A stretch of 64,000 nt of DNA, taken from assembly GCA_024704765.1 (NCBI GenBank), contig JAKMXF010000133.1:1-64000 (forward strand). The letters are read 5' to 3'. Origin of the DNA: Oopsacas minuta. Taxonomy: Eukaryota; Animalia; Porifera. How positions within the stretch are numbered: position 1 is the stretch's first letter; each line of letters opens with the position of its first letter. Positions 22,925 through 34,836 of this stretch are shown piece after piece. Both the position numbers and the translations under genes were made by a program. The notes below the pieces were generated by a model. The model had not been told where the DNA came from, searched no databases, and worked only from the letters and a program-made list of their open reading frames with translations.

Positions 22925-23920
22925 ATGCCTCCGGGAGAGAACAAATCAGTGCCAGATGATGGTGACGATTACTATCTGTTAGATGAGACTAGTGCTAAGG
23001 ACCTCTCCTTTGTACCTCTCCCACGACCTAAGGGTCCAATTTCCAAGTACTTTAGGACCCAATTGGTCTGGTATAACATCATAGGGATCGGCACCCTCCA
23101 TTTAATCTCCCTCTATGCCATAATTGTGTCGCCTAGTGCCCGTCTAGGTACCTGGTTGATGTATATGTGGATGTATATGATGACAGGCTTAGGTGTGACA
23201 GCTGGGTCTCACAGAATGTGGACACACAAGTCCTATAAGGCGCATTGGTCCTATCGATTGGTCCTTACGATCTTAAACACCGCTGCCTTCCAGAACCATG
23301 TCATCGAGTGGTCACGAGATCATAGGACACATCACAAGTTCTCTGAGACAGATGCTGACCCACATAACGCTCACAGAGGGTTCTTCTTCGCTCACTGCGG
23401 ATGGCTAATGTGTCGCAAACACCCCGAGGTTATACGTAAGGGACGGATGATCGATATATCTGACCTGGAGGCGGATCCCTTCCTTGCGTTTCAGAGAAAG
23501 TACTATCCTATCCTCGTCCTGCTCCTAGCGTTTATTGCTCCCACTATCTTGAACTCCTGGATCACAGGAGACACCTATTTGAACTCTTTCCTGATACCTG
23601 GAGTACTCAGATATGTCAGTACCTTACACATTACTTGGTCAGTTAACTCAGCTGCTCACCTCTGGGGAGCTCACCCCTATGACGACACAATCCACCCAGC
23701 TGAAAATTTGATAGTGTCAATGGGTGCTATTGGAGAGGGTTTTCATAATTATCATCACTGCTTCCCTTGGGATTACTCCACGAGTGAGTACGGACCTCTC
23801 TTCAACGGGACCACCTGTTTCATAGACATAGCCGCAGCCCTTGGCCTAGTCTGGGACCGCAAGAAAGCCAGCCCAGCTGTTATTAAGGCGCGCAGGTCCA
23901 GAACAGGGGACAAGTCCTAG
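22925..23920 (+). CDS. SCD: Stearoyl-CoA (delta-9) desaturase, intronless
   Basis: His boxes HRMWTH, HRTHH and GEGFHNYHH; ETDADPHNAHRGFFF. Confidence 0.95.
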   Translation: MPPGENKSVPDDGDDYYLLDETSAKDLSFVPLPRPKGPISKYFRTQLVWYNIIGIGTLHLISLYAIIVSPSARLGTWLMYMWMYMMTGLGVTAGSHRMWTHKSYKAHWSYRLVLTILNTAAFQNHVIEWSRDHRTHHKFSETDADPHNAHRGFFFAHCGWLMCRKHPEVIRKGRMIDISDLEADPFLAFQRKYYPILVLLLAFIAPTILNSWITGDTYLNSFLIPGVLRYVSTLHITWSVNSAAHLWGAHPYDDTIHPAENLIVSMGAIGEGFHNYHHCFPWDYSTSEYGPLFNGTTCFIDIAAALGLVWDRKKASPAVIKARRSRTGDKS

Positions 23921-23994
23921 ATGATATGAATTCGATTTTTCTAGCTCGATAATAGAATTTTAGTCTATTTATTTGAAGTTCAATATATACCTGT

Positions 23995-24284
23995 CAGAGT
24001 TCTATCTAGGATTTTAAATTGGGGGGGGGGGGGGGGGGAGCTTTGAAATCCTTAGTACCCAATTATCAAAATATTACAATCTTGAAGTAAACACCAAACA
24101 TTTAATTATCCCTAAAAATGAAGATTTCCCAAATGTTATTTGTTTACACTTCAAAAGTGTTTTCACAATGAATTGTTATTCCAATAATTATCCATTCAAT
24201 AATATATTGCGATAATAGTACATTTTATGAGATTTTCGGGGAGGAAGCTTCCCCCCACACCCCCCGCCAGTAGATAGAACCCTG
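23995..24284. mobile_element. Non-autonomous DNA transposon (MITE) with 14-bp TIRs and an apparent 5-bp TSD
   Basis: Left CAGAGTTCTATCTA, right TAGATAGAACCCTG (1 mismatch); CCTGT on both flanks (23990-94 and 24285-89); subterminal poly-G and poly-C runs. Confidence 0.7.
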
Positions 24285-24339
24285 CCTGTATTAAGACTAT
24301 ATATGGAAGTGTTAATCTGTTATTTTATTGGTTAGCAGC

Positions 24340-26263
24340 ATGCCACTATTCAGAACAGGCGCCAGATCCCCTCAGGACATAGTGCGGTCCCTCAGGGACA
24401 GTTTGTCACAGCTAGACAAGAACAGAGACAATCCAGTATCCAGGAAGAAGTCTTCTGAAGAGGTTAGTTGCACTCCTATCTATCATATACGTTACTATGC
24501 TGGTTGCTATGTATCCTCCTTCAGGTATGCAAGAATCTGGGGTCTATGAAGGCTATCCTGTACGGACAGGGGGACCAGGAACCTCAGCAGGAACAAATAA
24601 CCCTCCTATCACAAGAAGTGTACAACCAACATATTCTATTTCCTCTCATCCAATCATTATCCATTCTGGAATTTGAGTCAAGGAAGGAAGTGGCGCTTAT
24701 TTTCAGTCACATTCTCAAAAGACAGCTGGGTACCAGGTTAGTTATCTTGACACCTTACACTCTAACATTCCATTGTTTATTATGTGTTTGCTAGGTTTCC
24801 TACCGTTGATTATCTGGTAGCACACCAAGAGGTGTTAACTCTCCTTGTAAGAGGCTATGAGACCCCAGAGGTAAATTAACCAATAAGATTACTAGCTAGA
24901 TTTAATCACATATTTGTAGACTGCTCTTAACAACGGATTAATGCTTCGGGAATGCTTACGTCACGAGTTGTTAACCCGTCTTATCCTGTATTCAGATGAC
25001 CTGTATCTCTTCTTCAAATACGTACAACTACAAGTATTCGATATAGCTTCAGATGCGTTTGCGACCTTAAGGGATATCTTAACAAGACACAAAATAATGA
25101 CGAGTGAGTTTCTAGAGAAGAATTATGATAAAATATTTTCACACTATCAGTCACTGATTGAATCTGACAATTACGTCACAAGGAGGCAGTCACTAAAGCT
25201 CCTGGGAGAACTTTTATTGGACCGACACAACTTCACTGTCATGACAAGGTTTGTTTAGTTCCATATTAATCATATAGTCCTGTAACATTCCTTTACGTTA
25301 CCCTAGCAACACATGAATATTTCTAGATATATAGCTTCGGGTGATAATCTTAAAGTAATGATGAATCTGCTCTGTAATCCTTCAAGGAATATTCAGTTTG
25401 AAGCATTTCACGTATTCAAGGTGTTTGTAGCTAATCCCAATAAATCACATCCAGTAGGAGAGATACTACTCAAGAATAGAGACAAACTGGTGGAGTTCCT
25501 CTCCAGGTATTTATGCTATTTGTAGATTAATTGGACAGGAGTTACTCGCATAAATTACTGTCAATTATCCTGAATGGCAGTAAATTGAATGAGAAATTCA
25601 GTAATTGACGTAATTATCTCTTTTCATACATATATATTGTACTAGCCGCAACGCCGTCCTCTGGGCGGCTTTTCTGCTAGTTCCTGCGGAATTCTTTTTC
25701 GGGCCTTTGGCCCTCATGATTGTCTTTTAAAGTTTGCGAACGCTACGCGTCCGCATATAATAGCTCTCAGTGAACAATCAAAAAACCTATTACATTGCTA
25801 CGAAGGAAGGAATCTGATTGGCCAACGTTGACCAATCAGAATCCTCCGAAAATGCATTGATTTATATGGCGAGGTGTGAAAAATTCACATATCTTCTCAA
25901 AAAATGGATCGATTTGAAAAATAATTCTTATTTGGAATGGTTGAGTGCTACTTAGTCGACACACAAAATTTGGTACGAATCGGCCCAGGCATCTCTGAGA
26001 AAACGCGCGGACACACACACACACACTTTGTTTTACATATACAGATACAGGTTATAAGAACACCCTTGGGGGTAGCAATACACGTTCTTATAACCTGTAT
26101 CGTTTGTATGGTGCTTATATCCGGTATATTCTTATAACCTGTATACCCCATACAATAATTCTATTTTAGATTTCAAACAGACAGAAGTGAAGACGAACAA
26201 TTCAACGAGGAGAAAGCTTACCTAATAAAACAGATCCGAGAAATGAAGAAGGTGTCAGGATGA
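24340..26263 (+). CDS. CAB39: Calcium-binding protein 39 / MO25, multi-exon
   Basis: MPLF...[11 protein letters not shown]; [10 protein letters not shown]; [21 protein letters not shown]; [19 protein letters not shown]; [17 protein letters not shown]. Confidence 0.95.
25642..26045 (-). mobile_element. Non-autonomous Helitron-like element in the last CAB39 intron
   Basis: Minus strand begins TC and ends CTAG, sitting between host A and T; GC-rich hairpin GCCGTCC-TCT-GGGCGGC ~10 nt from the 3' end; (GT)n microsatellite near the 5' end. Confidence 0.72.
26044..26101. repeat. Mini inverted repeat (18-bp perfect arms), related to the TTATAAGAAC MITE family
   Basis: GATACAGGTTATAAGAAC ... GTTCTTATAACCTGTATC; a third partial arm at ~26129-26145. 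Confidence 0.7.
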
Positions 26264-26406
26264 CGTCATATGAATTTAGCTTTATAGCTGACTCTTTGTA
26301 ATATGTGTCTTAATTACTACATTACTAATGTCATATTGTGTTGCTAGGGAAATCTCTTAATTATCCCTGGTTCTATAATATTAACTTATAGTTAGCTTAT
26401 TGACCA

Positions 26407-28514
26407 ATGAGTGTCTCGCCTTTACAACGCTTCGGAGCTCTGAGATGTGTGACGTCATCCAAATTTAGGTATCTATTTTTAGAACACACTCTTTAATCTT
26501 ATTGGTTGTTTATATTTTGTTTACAGATCTCCTGTTAAACTTCTCGCTTGGCTACGCATTCCTCTATCTGTGAACTGGTTGCTATGCAACACCTGGGATA
26601 GATTGGAATTCGCTATTTCTCGGGAATCTCGTCTGAATGCTTTTCTTATTTTTATGAAGAATATACTTTTAAAACACAAGAAAATATTAATAATTTTAAC
26701 ACTTCTGCTCTCAGGTAAGTAACTCTGTAATTCTATTGGTTAATTATATTCATATATTCTATTTATAGTATACCTGCTGTATTGTGGCATTGTGTCGCGT
26801 CAAGTGGTGGAAACGAGTGGCACGAGCGATCTGGTGGAGTTTTCCCGTCCTTCTAACAAGATTAGCCGGATATTACTACTGTCACTAGCTCGATTAAGTG
26901 GGGCGCCAGTATTCAGAGATGAAACAGATTTCAGGGCGCCACATGACGGAGTATACGCGGGTATTTATTCCAGTCAGGTAGATGAGAATGGGTTTGTCAC
27001 TCTCTCCTGTGTCAGTCCTGCCCTTAAACTATCCCAGTATATCCTAGCAACCGGATACTGGGAACAGCTGCAGAATGGAATGCTTAATTTAATTAACCTA
27101 GCAGAACTAGCAGTAGATCTGGATAGACTACCTGTATTTCCACAGGTAACATTCCATTACTTACTTCATGTTGCTGTGTACTTTATATACATATTTTCAC
27201 ACCTAGGTGTCTAACAGCAGACTATTTGGGATCCCACATTTAGGCGCCAAATCGGTCTTAAGTGGTCCCACACACTCCCTGGAGCTCTACTACTCCCTGT
27301 CAGAACTAAATCAGAATTTGTGTCGCAGAACAGAAACCATGTTCGACACATTTTTCAGTTTCCTTCAGAGATCTCCTAGACAGATCCTATTGGGTATATT
27401 TATACATTCCGAGCATACCAAGGATGAATGGTTGTTGCCGGGGAGATGGAGTGACCAGGTTGCTACGTCACTACAGACTCAAGCATCTGTGGATTGTACT
27501 GAATTCCTGAAGGTATATCCGTTGCTATCTAGGTGTTAAATGCTCTCATTCCTCTGTCTACACCCCTGGTTCCTAGCTACTACTATATCTATTTATTAAT
27601 GCATTCCTATAGGACTCTATCATCACTAAGCTGGAGCGTAACCTCAATTCAGATCGCTTTTCTTTATTCCAACAAAGTTTCTACATTCATAAAGCTGTTT
27701 GTATAAATTCCAATAAAAATATTCACGTGTTAGAATTCTCTAAAATATTCTCAAGTTTAAGTGATGAACCAAATTCCATTCTACTCGTTAATTGGAGAGG
27801 GTTGCCAAGGAAACGGTCTGACACCTCCAAGCGGATACAGCTACAGACAATAGCCACTTTTTCAGATCTGCCACATTGGCCTGTGTCTGATATGGTAAGT
27901 GTTACTCATGCCACTTTAATCCTGTTATTTTATTGGTTAATAATTTAGGTGAGAACAGCCTCCAGGACCTATCTGAGATCTCTCAATCTGTCCCGGCCAC
28001 TGATTGGTCTACACGTGAGACTAGAGAAATTAGGCGCCAGAGCAATGAAGGCATCTAATCCCGACACATTTATGACAGAGTGTCTGTCAGAATTAGCGAC
28101 ACATTTAAAGGCTATAACAGCGGCAGCTCCAGAGGCCACTTCCTTGTTACCAATATGTGACTTAGGAATGTATGGCTCTGAGAGTTGTCAGGGGTGTACA
28201 CAGGGTAATTGGGCACTAGACAAGTTTATGGAGAAGGTAAGTTATAAGTGGCAGATATTCAAATGGCTGAGGTGTTAAAATTGTGTCCTTAGGGAATCCA
28301 CTTCAGATTTTATAACCCTAACCTGTCAAACGGAGAGACGGACACAGGATTTGTGTCGCTTGTGGAGATGACCACTTTAGTAGAGTCACAATTTCTAGTC
28401 CTGGTAGGTGGTGGAGGGTACCAGCGACAACTGGCGCACAGGTTCCGGTACCGTCTGGGGGGAGAGAGCTTCAGAGAGGGAGACAAGGATATAAGACTCA
28501 AAGAAATTTGTTGA
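26407..28514 (+). CDS. GDP-fucose O-fucosyltransferase-like (GT-B) type II membrane protein, multi-exon
   Basis: KHKK followed by a hydrophobic anchor; YWEQL...NLINLAELA; SNSRLFGIP; IGLHVRLEKL; DTGFVSLVEMTTLVESQFLVLVGGGGYQ; exons splice in frame; family assignment from recalled motifs only. Confidence 0.6.
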
Positions 28515-28764
28515 CAAAGTTAGTGATTGATTGGAATGTTGTACAGTTCACTTATTTATTTCTATAATTATCTTTTAAATCTGTTTGTGTTGATATTATA
28601 TAATCACATATTTTGTTGTTTGTTGTTATTTCACACCTCTGCCATATGAGACATAAGTTCCCCAAATTCCTACCCTTTCATATGGTTGCCATGGAAGCAT
28701 AAGAATAAATCTAATAACTCTGATTAATAACAAATAATGATATACATTTTTTCTTTTTTACTAA

Positions 28765-30021
28765 TCACAACTTCAATATTCCTTGGATACTAGATATAGC
28801 TCTGGAATGCAGGTTATATCTATAGCTAATTATCGCTATAATTAGCACTACACTAGAGTTCATAGTATAACGTGTTACGGCGTAGTTAGGCGCCATTATG
28901 TTACACTTCTGTATAATTATATTACAAATACGCGCGGTTTCTTGAGCACTAGGATCAGTTGATTGGATTTTGTTCTTAATCAGCTGTGCATACTCTGAGA
29001 AAATAGTTTTCACACCTTTCATAGAAGTGGCCTCCTGCATGAGAGATACTGTCTCCCCTTTCCTTATTTTAACATTTTTCTTGAACACATTCTTGTTGTT
29101 GTAGCATAGCAACAGCGTTGCTATGGCCATGACTTGAGGAATGGCACAGAAATTGAATACTGTATTATCATTGGTCAGTTCTCCTAATTGTGCCAGATAT
29201 TCTAATACATTTGGAACTTCTGTTAATGTTAGAGTTATTAAGTGGTTCAAGCATGCCACTCCTTGTGCCACATTTTCAGGCTGTTTGAAGGTGTCAATTG
29301 TGTCGCCGTATTTGTGCCACACTTCTTCTGGCCAGAAGTGTCGACCTTGTGTCGTATCCTCGAAATAATCTCTAGTAATGTTAGTCTTTTGTAAGAACCT
29401 TCCCATCCCAATTGACAGCTCTGTCATATGTGCCACTTCTGTGCCACTTGTGAATAGATTAGTGAGTCCTACACCCACTAGACCAGCTGCATACAGACAG
29501 TACTCGTCCCATTCCTCCACAGTAACGATCCTCTTCTCCAAGTACCCCGCGAACCCTCTCCCCATCTGTCCTGCTATATCATTAATCACCCTCTGGTATC
29601 GAATAGGTAGTCCCCTGAATGCTCGGGATATAGTAGGGAAGTCCTCCAGGACTATTCTGTCCTTTTCCGTGCTCTCTTTGTACCTCCAGTCAGGTATCTG
29701 TAGATATGTATAGAAGTTGCTTAACATGGTTACCTTATCATCAATAGGAATGTTCATATCATCCTCTATAGTGTCCAATGCTCTTAACACCAAATAGAAT
29801 ATACACACAGCTGGACGGAGGGTGTTATCCTGGATGGATCGTATAACAGCTGAGAAGGATCTACTCGTTAGTTCCAAATACTCGTAACACTTCATTAGAT
29901 CAGCTGATTGGAGCTCTTCTGTAGTCAGCTGAGGGGACAATAGAGTGTTTCCCCCTAGGTACTTGTATCGAAAGAGAGCCCATAGCTCTGAGGGGTGATA
30001 CATAGATACGTAGAACTCCAT
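28765..30021 (-). CDS. FDFT1: Squalene synthase, intronless
   Basis: LELTSRSFSAVI; FYLVLRALDTIEDD; FLQKTNITRDYFED; FNFCAIPQVMAIATL; C-terminal TM anchor. Confidence 0.96.
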   Translation of the reverse strand: MEFYVSMYHPSELWALFRYKYLGGNTLLSPQLTTEELQSADLMKCYEYLELTSRSFSAVIRSIQDNTLRPAVCIFYLVLRALDTIEDDMNIPIDDKVTMLSNFYTYLQIPDWRYKESTEKDRIVLEDFPTISRAFRGLPIRYQRVINDIAGQMGRGFAGYLEKRIVTVEEWDEYCLYAAGLVGVGLTNLFTSGTEVAHMTELSIGMGRFLQKTNITRDYFEDTTQGRHFWPEEVWHKYGDTIDTFKQPENVAQGVACLNHLITLTLTEVPNVLEYLAQLGELTNDNTVFNFCAIPQVMAIATLLLCYNNKNVFKKNVKIRKGETVSLMQEATSMKGVKTIFSEYAQLIKNKIQSTDPSAQETARICNIIIQKCNIMAPNYAVTRYTMNSSVVLIIAIISYRYNLHSRAISSIQGILKL

Positions 30022-30232
30022 TAGGAATGTAACTGATTGCTATATTCGTGTTATATAGAATTTGAGTATGTCTTACCATCAGGTGATTGTATTATCACTC
30101 CATCGGCTCATTTCTATTAATAGTAACAAGTATTATTTACATTCTTTTATGTCATATTCGTATCCAAGGTAGTAGAAACATATGAGTATAAAATAATAAT
30201 AATAGTTTGAATTCCTATCCACCAGATGGTTG

Positions 30233-31117
30233 CTACTTGAGCACACAGACCTGCACCATGTGATCGCAAGGAATGTTTACTTCTCTCAGAATTTGTGAAT
30301 TTTTTAACACCTTTCCTGAGTGGCACCAGAGCTGTGAAGATACCGACACATTTTCCACTAATGAGAGTCTTCGCTTACAGCTGATAATTGTGTCTTCTGA
30401 ATTGACCTATCAGATTACAGTATTCAAATAGTGTCACATATGAGTTGTCATATATTATCACCTCTAATTTGATGTCTTTCCTTCCATCCAATCTTATTCT
30501 TATTTTAGTATCAAGTTCTATTTTTAGCTCTTCATCTTCTGTAATATATTTCCTGCTTGGTGACAGACCTGGATCATAGGCATGTCGTCTAGGAGATTTG
30601 GGTCTAGCTAGACAATAATTCGGTATCACATATTGGTGTCCTCTCTCATCATAGCTCTGTGATAAGTACCCTTGAGGATAAGAGGTTACAAATCTGCACC
30701 CTACTACAGGTAATGTGTGATCTTAACACCTACTAACATTCCACAATATTCTATTTATAGTAACTCACCATTTGGCAGAATAATTCCTACTCCGTCAATA
30801 ATCGCTTGTGCCATAGAATAGTCCCCTCTCTCTGCAAACTCAGTAGCAGACCTCAGAGCCGACCAGACCTCTTCCTGCCCCCCGAAGGCAGGAGCTGTCT
30901 CCCAGAATTCTATCCTCTTCTCCTCTAATGTGTCCCTAGTTACGTCTGTACCTCCTAGGAATGTTGTTATAAATGTTTTAGCTGTAATTTGATTGGCTAG
31001 CTTACCTTCCCATACTGGCTGTCCTATGAACAGTTTGTTATTCCCTAGAGTAATTTCTGACACCTCTGTCCCCTCCAATAGCCCCCTGTCCCTCCTACAA
31101 CTCATACAAGATCCCAT
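30233..31117 (-). CDS. UBTD: Ubiquitin domain-containing protein (UBTD1/2, DC-UbP), 3 exons
   Basis: MGSC start; KRIEFWETAPAFGGQEEVWSALRSA; YDERGHQYVIPNYCL; last exon (~30233-30410) encodes a Ubl-like VNSEDTI...LWCHSGKVL. Confidence 0.88.
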
Positions 31118-31830
31118 TTATATTTAGTTCCTGTTCTATATGAAACTAACATAATATATAGTTAATAGGGATAGGGTAACATGATCCTCAAATAGTTGCC
31201 CCCTCTGTACCTGCACATACTTTAATTACCCAAGGGCAGAGGTGTCATGTGAGTAATTTATGGCGCCTATTATCTAATTCTAAATAAAGTTACATAAATC
31301 TGGGAGTTTCATATTAACCCACAAATACAGCTGTAAAATGTGATATATCATAAGTTTAGTTCAAAGAGAAGATTATCCAAGTAATATTTATGTTCTTACT
31401 TATCTCTGCCACTTAACACCTTTACAGAGGTGACATAATTGTGTCCTTTAACCCACGAACTATGATTCTCATTCTCTAACACCGCCACTCCGACAGAACT
31501 ATTTGTCCACATTCTTATCAGAGCTTTGGTATCCATAAAACTTTCCTACGGTCATGTGTCGTCCCTACGCATCCACTTATAAGCCATTATTGTGCCACTA
31601 TTGAGTCTGTGTTAATAATTGCTTACATTCTGTTTAGATATTTGCATAGCAACCCAATCGTATTTATGCAATTCAGTGATTTGTTTACGTAAATATCAAA
31701 TAAACAAATCTGCACATTTATGAGTCAAAGAACATTTCTTCCATAATCCTTAGTGATCTGCTTAGTTCTGGTTTCAGTATAAATAGGATTAAACTGGAAC
31801 TAATTAACAGAAATTAAGTTTACCCCAAAA

Positions 31831-34800
31831 ATGAAATATTTTTCTATTTTTTTCTTTATTTCCATATTTTGCTCTCAGCCAATCAGATGTGAGTTAGGAC
31901 ACACAATACCTCACATAGTGTCACATCCCTTACGGACACTAATGTCGCTTTCTGAGGGGACACATTATGATATAGACATCAGTTTAGAGGTGTTAGGGGA
32001 CCATGTGATCCTTCATTTAACACCTAACTTAAATCTACAACACAATAATTATGTTTATCAACACCTCGATGACAACAATAACATTCAGTCTCAAAATGGG
32101 TTTGTAATACCATGCCACTATACAGGAACTGTAGAATGTATCGCGTGCCACAATTCTCACACTTTTGTGTCCACCTGTAACGGACATCTGAGAGGTTTAA
32201 TTAGTATTAATAATACTGATTATTATATTGAGCCTTTGATTGGTTCAACCGATGAGACACATTTTGTGTACACAAATGTGTCGCCTGACAACTCGACACA
32301 ATCAGAACTTCTTATAGATAAGTCTAAGTGGCTGAGTGAAGTGGCAGATTCACACCTCCGCTCTGTCCGTTCCTACGCGGCTAGAAATAAGAAACTATCC
32401 GTAGAGACCCTAGTTGTCCTCGATGAGACCATTCTGTCCCATCACGGGTCTCTGTCTCAATCCTACGCTCTGACGGTTATGAATATTGTCTCGGGGTTAT
32501 TAGCTAGGCCCTCTCTTGGACAAGCCATAACTCTAGTGGTTACCCGCCTAATTGTCTCACAATCTGGTACTAATACCTTTATTTGGAACTCAGCTGATCC
32601 CGACACATCTCTGTCAACATTCTGTGGGTGGCAGCACCAGATAAATGGAACTGAAACTAATCCATCTCACGACTTAGCCGTATTATTAACGCGCCATTCT
32701 TTGTGTCGTCCTGATACCCACTGTTCTGTTATAGGTGTTGCTAATATAGGCGGGCTATGTAGTGGCACACATTCCTGTCTTATCGTCAAGGATGAAGGTG
32801 TCATGTTGGCAGGTACCACCGTGACACATGAGATAGGACACTTATTCGGTTTATACCACGATGAGAATCCTCATGAATGTGGCGCGTATAATATCCGACC
32901 TAGTTCTTACATAATGACTGAAGTATTCACTCACGCTAGCAACCATTTTACATGGTCGGAATGTTCCAAACATTCCATTGTTGACTTTCTGTCGCGAGGG
33001 GGAGACACCTGTCTACTGAATGAACCAACCAATCAGATCGTACTCTCAGAGCTTCCTCTAATAACAGCTGATCAACAGTGTCAATCAATTTTAGGCGCCA
33101 ATTCAAGAGTTGTCGCCTCTAGGACAAGTTGTGCCACTTTAGTCTGCTCTGACACCCCCGGGGGTACCACTTGGCAGTCTTTATATGTACCAATGATAGA
33201 CGGTACCAATTGTTCCATAGATAGGAACACCAAGGGGGAGTGTCAAAGTGGTGTTTGTGTCCTCAAGGGGTGGGAGAAGGAACCCATTAATGGGGAGTGG
33301 TCCCAGTGGTCTGAGTGGTCAGATTGTTCTCACACCTGTGATCTAGCGTTACAACACAGAGAAAGGAAATGTGGTTCACCTCCTCCATCCAATGGTGGTA
33401 ATATGTGTCTAGGAGACAGGCGACAATACACCACTTGTAAACTGTCTAAGTGCGCCACTTCTGAGCCATCTAGAAGGGACAGATCTTGTGAGAGGATCAT
33501 GTACCAGTACCCAGGTACCTGGCGGGCTCTGTCTGATAATTATAATATCGGAAACCCTTGTAAATTATTCTGTCAGAACTCAGGAAGTGGTCAATTGGCA
33601 GCTCTGCCACTTGTGACAGATGGCACAGAGTGTCACGCCTTCACACCAGACCGTGCCATGTGTGTATTAGGAAATTGTGTCGCGGTGGACTGCAATGGAG
33701 AGCTAGCAGGTGGCGCCCGTTTAGACGCATGTGGCGTGTGTGGTGGAGATGGCACAACCTGTCACATTGTAATCGGAACTATACGTGAGTATCTCCCTAG
33801 TTTCAATCTCCATAATTTAATTTCTATCCCTCAGGAAGCCCGTGACCTCACCATCTTAAATCTAACACCTCGTCCATATGTATATTTAGCTGTGACACAA
33901 TCTTCTGCCACCAGACTACTCAGACCTATCAATTTACAAACTATTAATGGTGTCGACTGGCGCTCTGCCACTCTGTCTAATGGCTCTGCCACTTTCTCTG
34001 TTCCTGGTCCTATATCTAATTCTTTAGAACTTAAGGTGTTTGGTGGTCCAACACAAGTGGCACTCTACTATTCATACTTGCTGCCACCTGACGAGGACAC
34101 ATTTACCTGGCGCGCAGAATCCACCTGCTCTGATTGTAATGCCACTTGTGGAAATGCTGTTAAATATTGTGTCGCGGAATGTGTCGATGTTAACAACAAT
34201 CCAGTTAGTCCACTTCTCTGTGATCCTGCCACTAAACCACTTGACACCTTTGTGCCCTGCCCAGACCTGCCTGATTGTCCTACCTACGTCTGGACCTCTT
34301 CTGGATGGTCTCTTTGCTCTGCCACTTGTGGCTCAGGTGTCAAGACTAGGACAACATTCTGTCTAGCTAAAACAGACCAAAACTTCCAACTAGCTAAAGA
34401 ATCAAATTGTGTCCTCGGGTCAAGACCACTTACTTCTTTGTCCTGTTATCAGCCATGTGTCACTCCCACTCCGCAACAATTTGAACCAGGTGTATATCTA
34501 GGTGTCTGGGTGGCAGACGAGTGGGGAGAGTGTCTCAAAACAAATTGTGTCGCTCCAGAACCTCAACACCTCCAAATAGAGTGCAGAGTAGATGGTAACT
34601 TAGCTGACCAATCAGATTGTGACCCCCTAACTAAACCAGCTCCCCAGCAACGAGATTGCCCTCAGGAATGCATTGAATGGGAAACTAGACGTTGGAGAGT
34701 TTGTGACACAAATTGTCGCCGCCAGCGAATAATCAGGTGTCTGAGAAATGGGCAGAGAGTGCCGTCAAGTGTCTGTAATAGTGCCCAACTTTTGAAACCC

Positions 34801-34836
34801 AAAAATTCTCAAAGGTGTAAAGAATGTTCTTATTAA
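31831..34836 (+). CDS. ADAMTS: ADAMTS metalloprotease, single 3-kb exon
   Basis: Signal peptide; prodomain; RSVR furin site; HEIGHLFGLYHD zinc motif; YIM Met-turn; TSP1 WSQWSEWSDCSHTC; Cys-rich and spacer regions; further TSP1 repeats. Confidence 0.95.
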   Translation: MKYFSIFFFISIFCSQPIRCELGHTIPHIVSHPLRTLMSLSEGTHYDIDISLEVLGDHVILHLTPNLNLQHNNYVYQHLDDNNNIQSQNGFVIPCHYTGTVECIACHNSHTFVSTCNGHLRGLISINNTDYYIEPLIGSTDETHFVYTNVSPDNSTQSELLIDKSKWLSEVADSHLRSVRSYAARNKKLSVETLVVLDETILSHHGSLSQSYALTVMNIVSGLLARPSLGQAITLVVTRLIVSQSGTNTFIWNSADPDTSLSTFCGWQHQINGTETNPSHDLAVLLTRHSLCRPDTHCSVIGVANIGGLCSGTHSCLIVKDEGVMLAGTTVTHEIGHLFGLYHDENPHECGAYNIRPSSYIMTEVFTHASNHFTWSECSKHSIVDFLSRGGDTCLLNEPTNQIVLSELPLITADQQCQSILGANSRVVASRTSCATLVCSDTPGGTTWQSLYVPMIDGTNCSIDRNTKGECQSGVCVLKGWEKEPINGEWSQWSEWSDCSHTCDLALQHRERKCGSPPPSNGGNMCLGDRRQYTTCKLSKCATSEPSRRDRSCERIMYQYPGTWRALSDNYNIGNPCKLFCQNSGSGQLAALPLVTDGTECHAFTPDRAMCVLGNCVAVDCNGELAGGARLDACGVCGGDGTTCHIVIGTIREYLPSFNLHNLISIPQEARDLTILNLTPRPYVYLAVTQSSATRLLRPINLQTINGVDWRSATLSNGSATFSVPGPISNSLELKVFGGPTQVALYYSYLLPPDEDTFTWRAESTCSDCNATCGNAVKYCVAECVDVNNNPVSPLLCDPATKPLDTFVPCPDLPDCPTYVWTSSGWSLCSATCGSGVKTRTTFCLAKTDQNFQLAKESNCVLGSRPLTSLSCYQPCVTPTPQQFEPGVYLGVWVADEWGECLKTNCVAPEPQHLQIECRVDGNLADQSDCDPLTKPAPQQRDCPQECIEWETRRWRVCDTNCRRQRIIRCLRNGQRVPSSVCNSAQLLKPKNSQRCKECSY

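Noticed and set aside
22925-30021. Lipid biosynthetic cluster or horizontal transfer of intronless SCD and FDFT1
   Set aside because: The genes are separated by unrelated loci, and both proteins look like ordinary animal-type ER enzymes, including the FDFT1 N-terminus and TM tail
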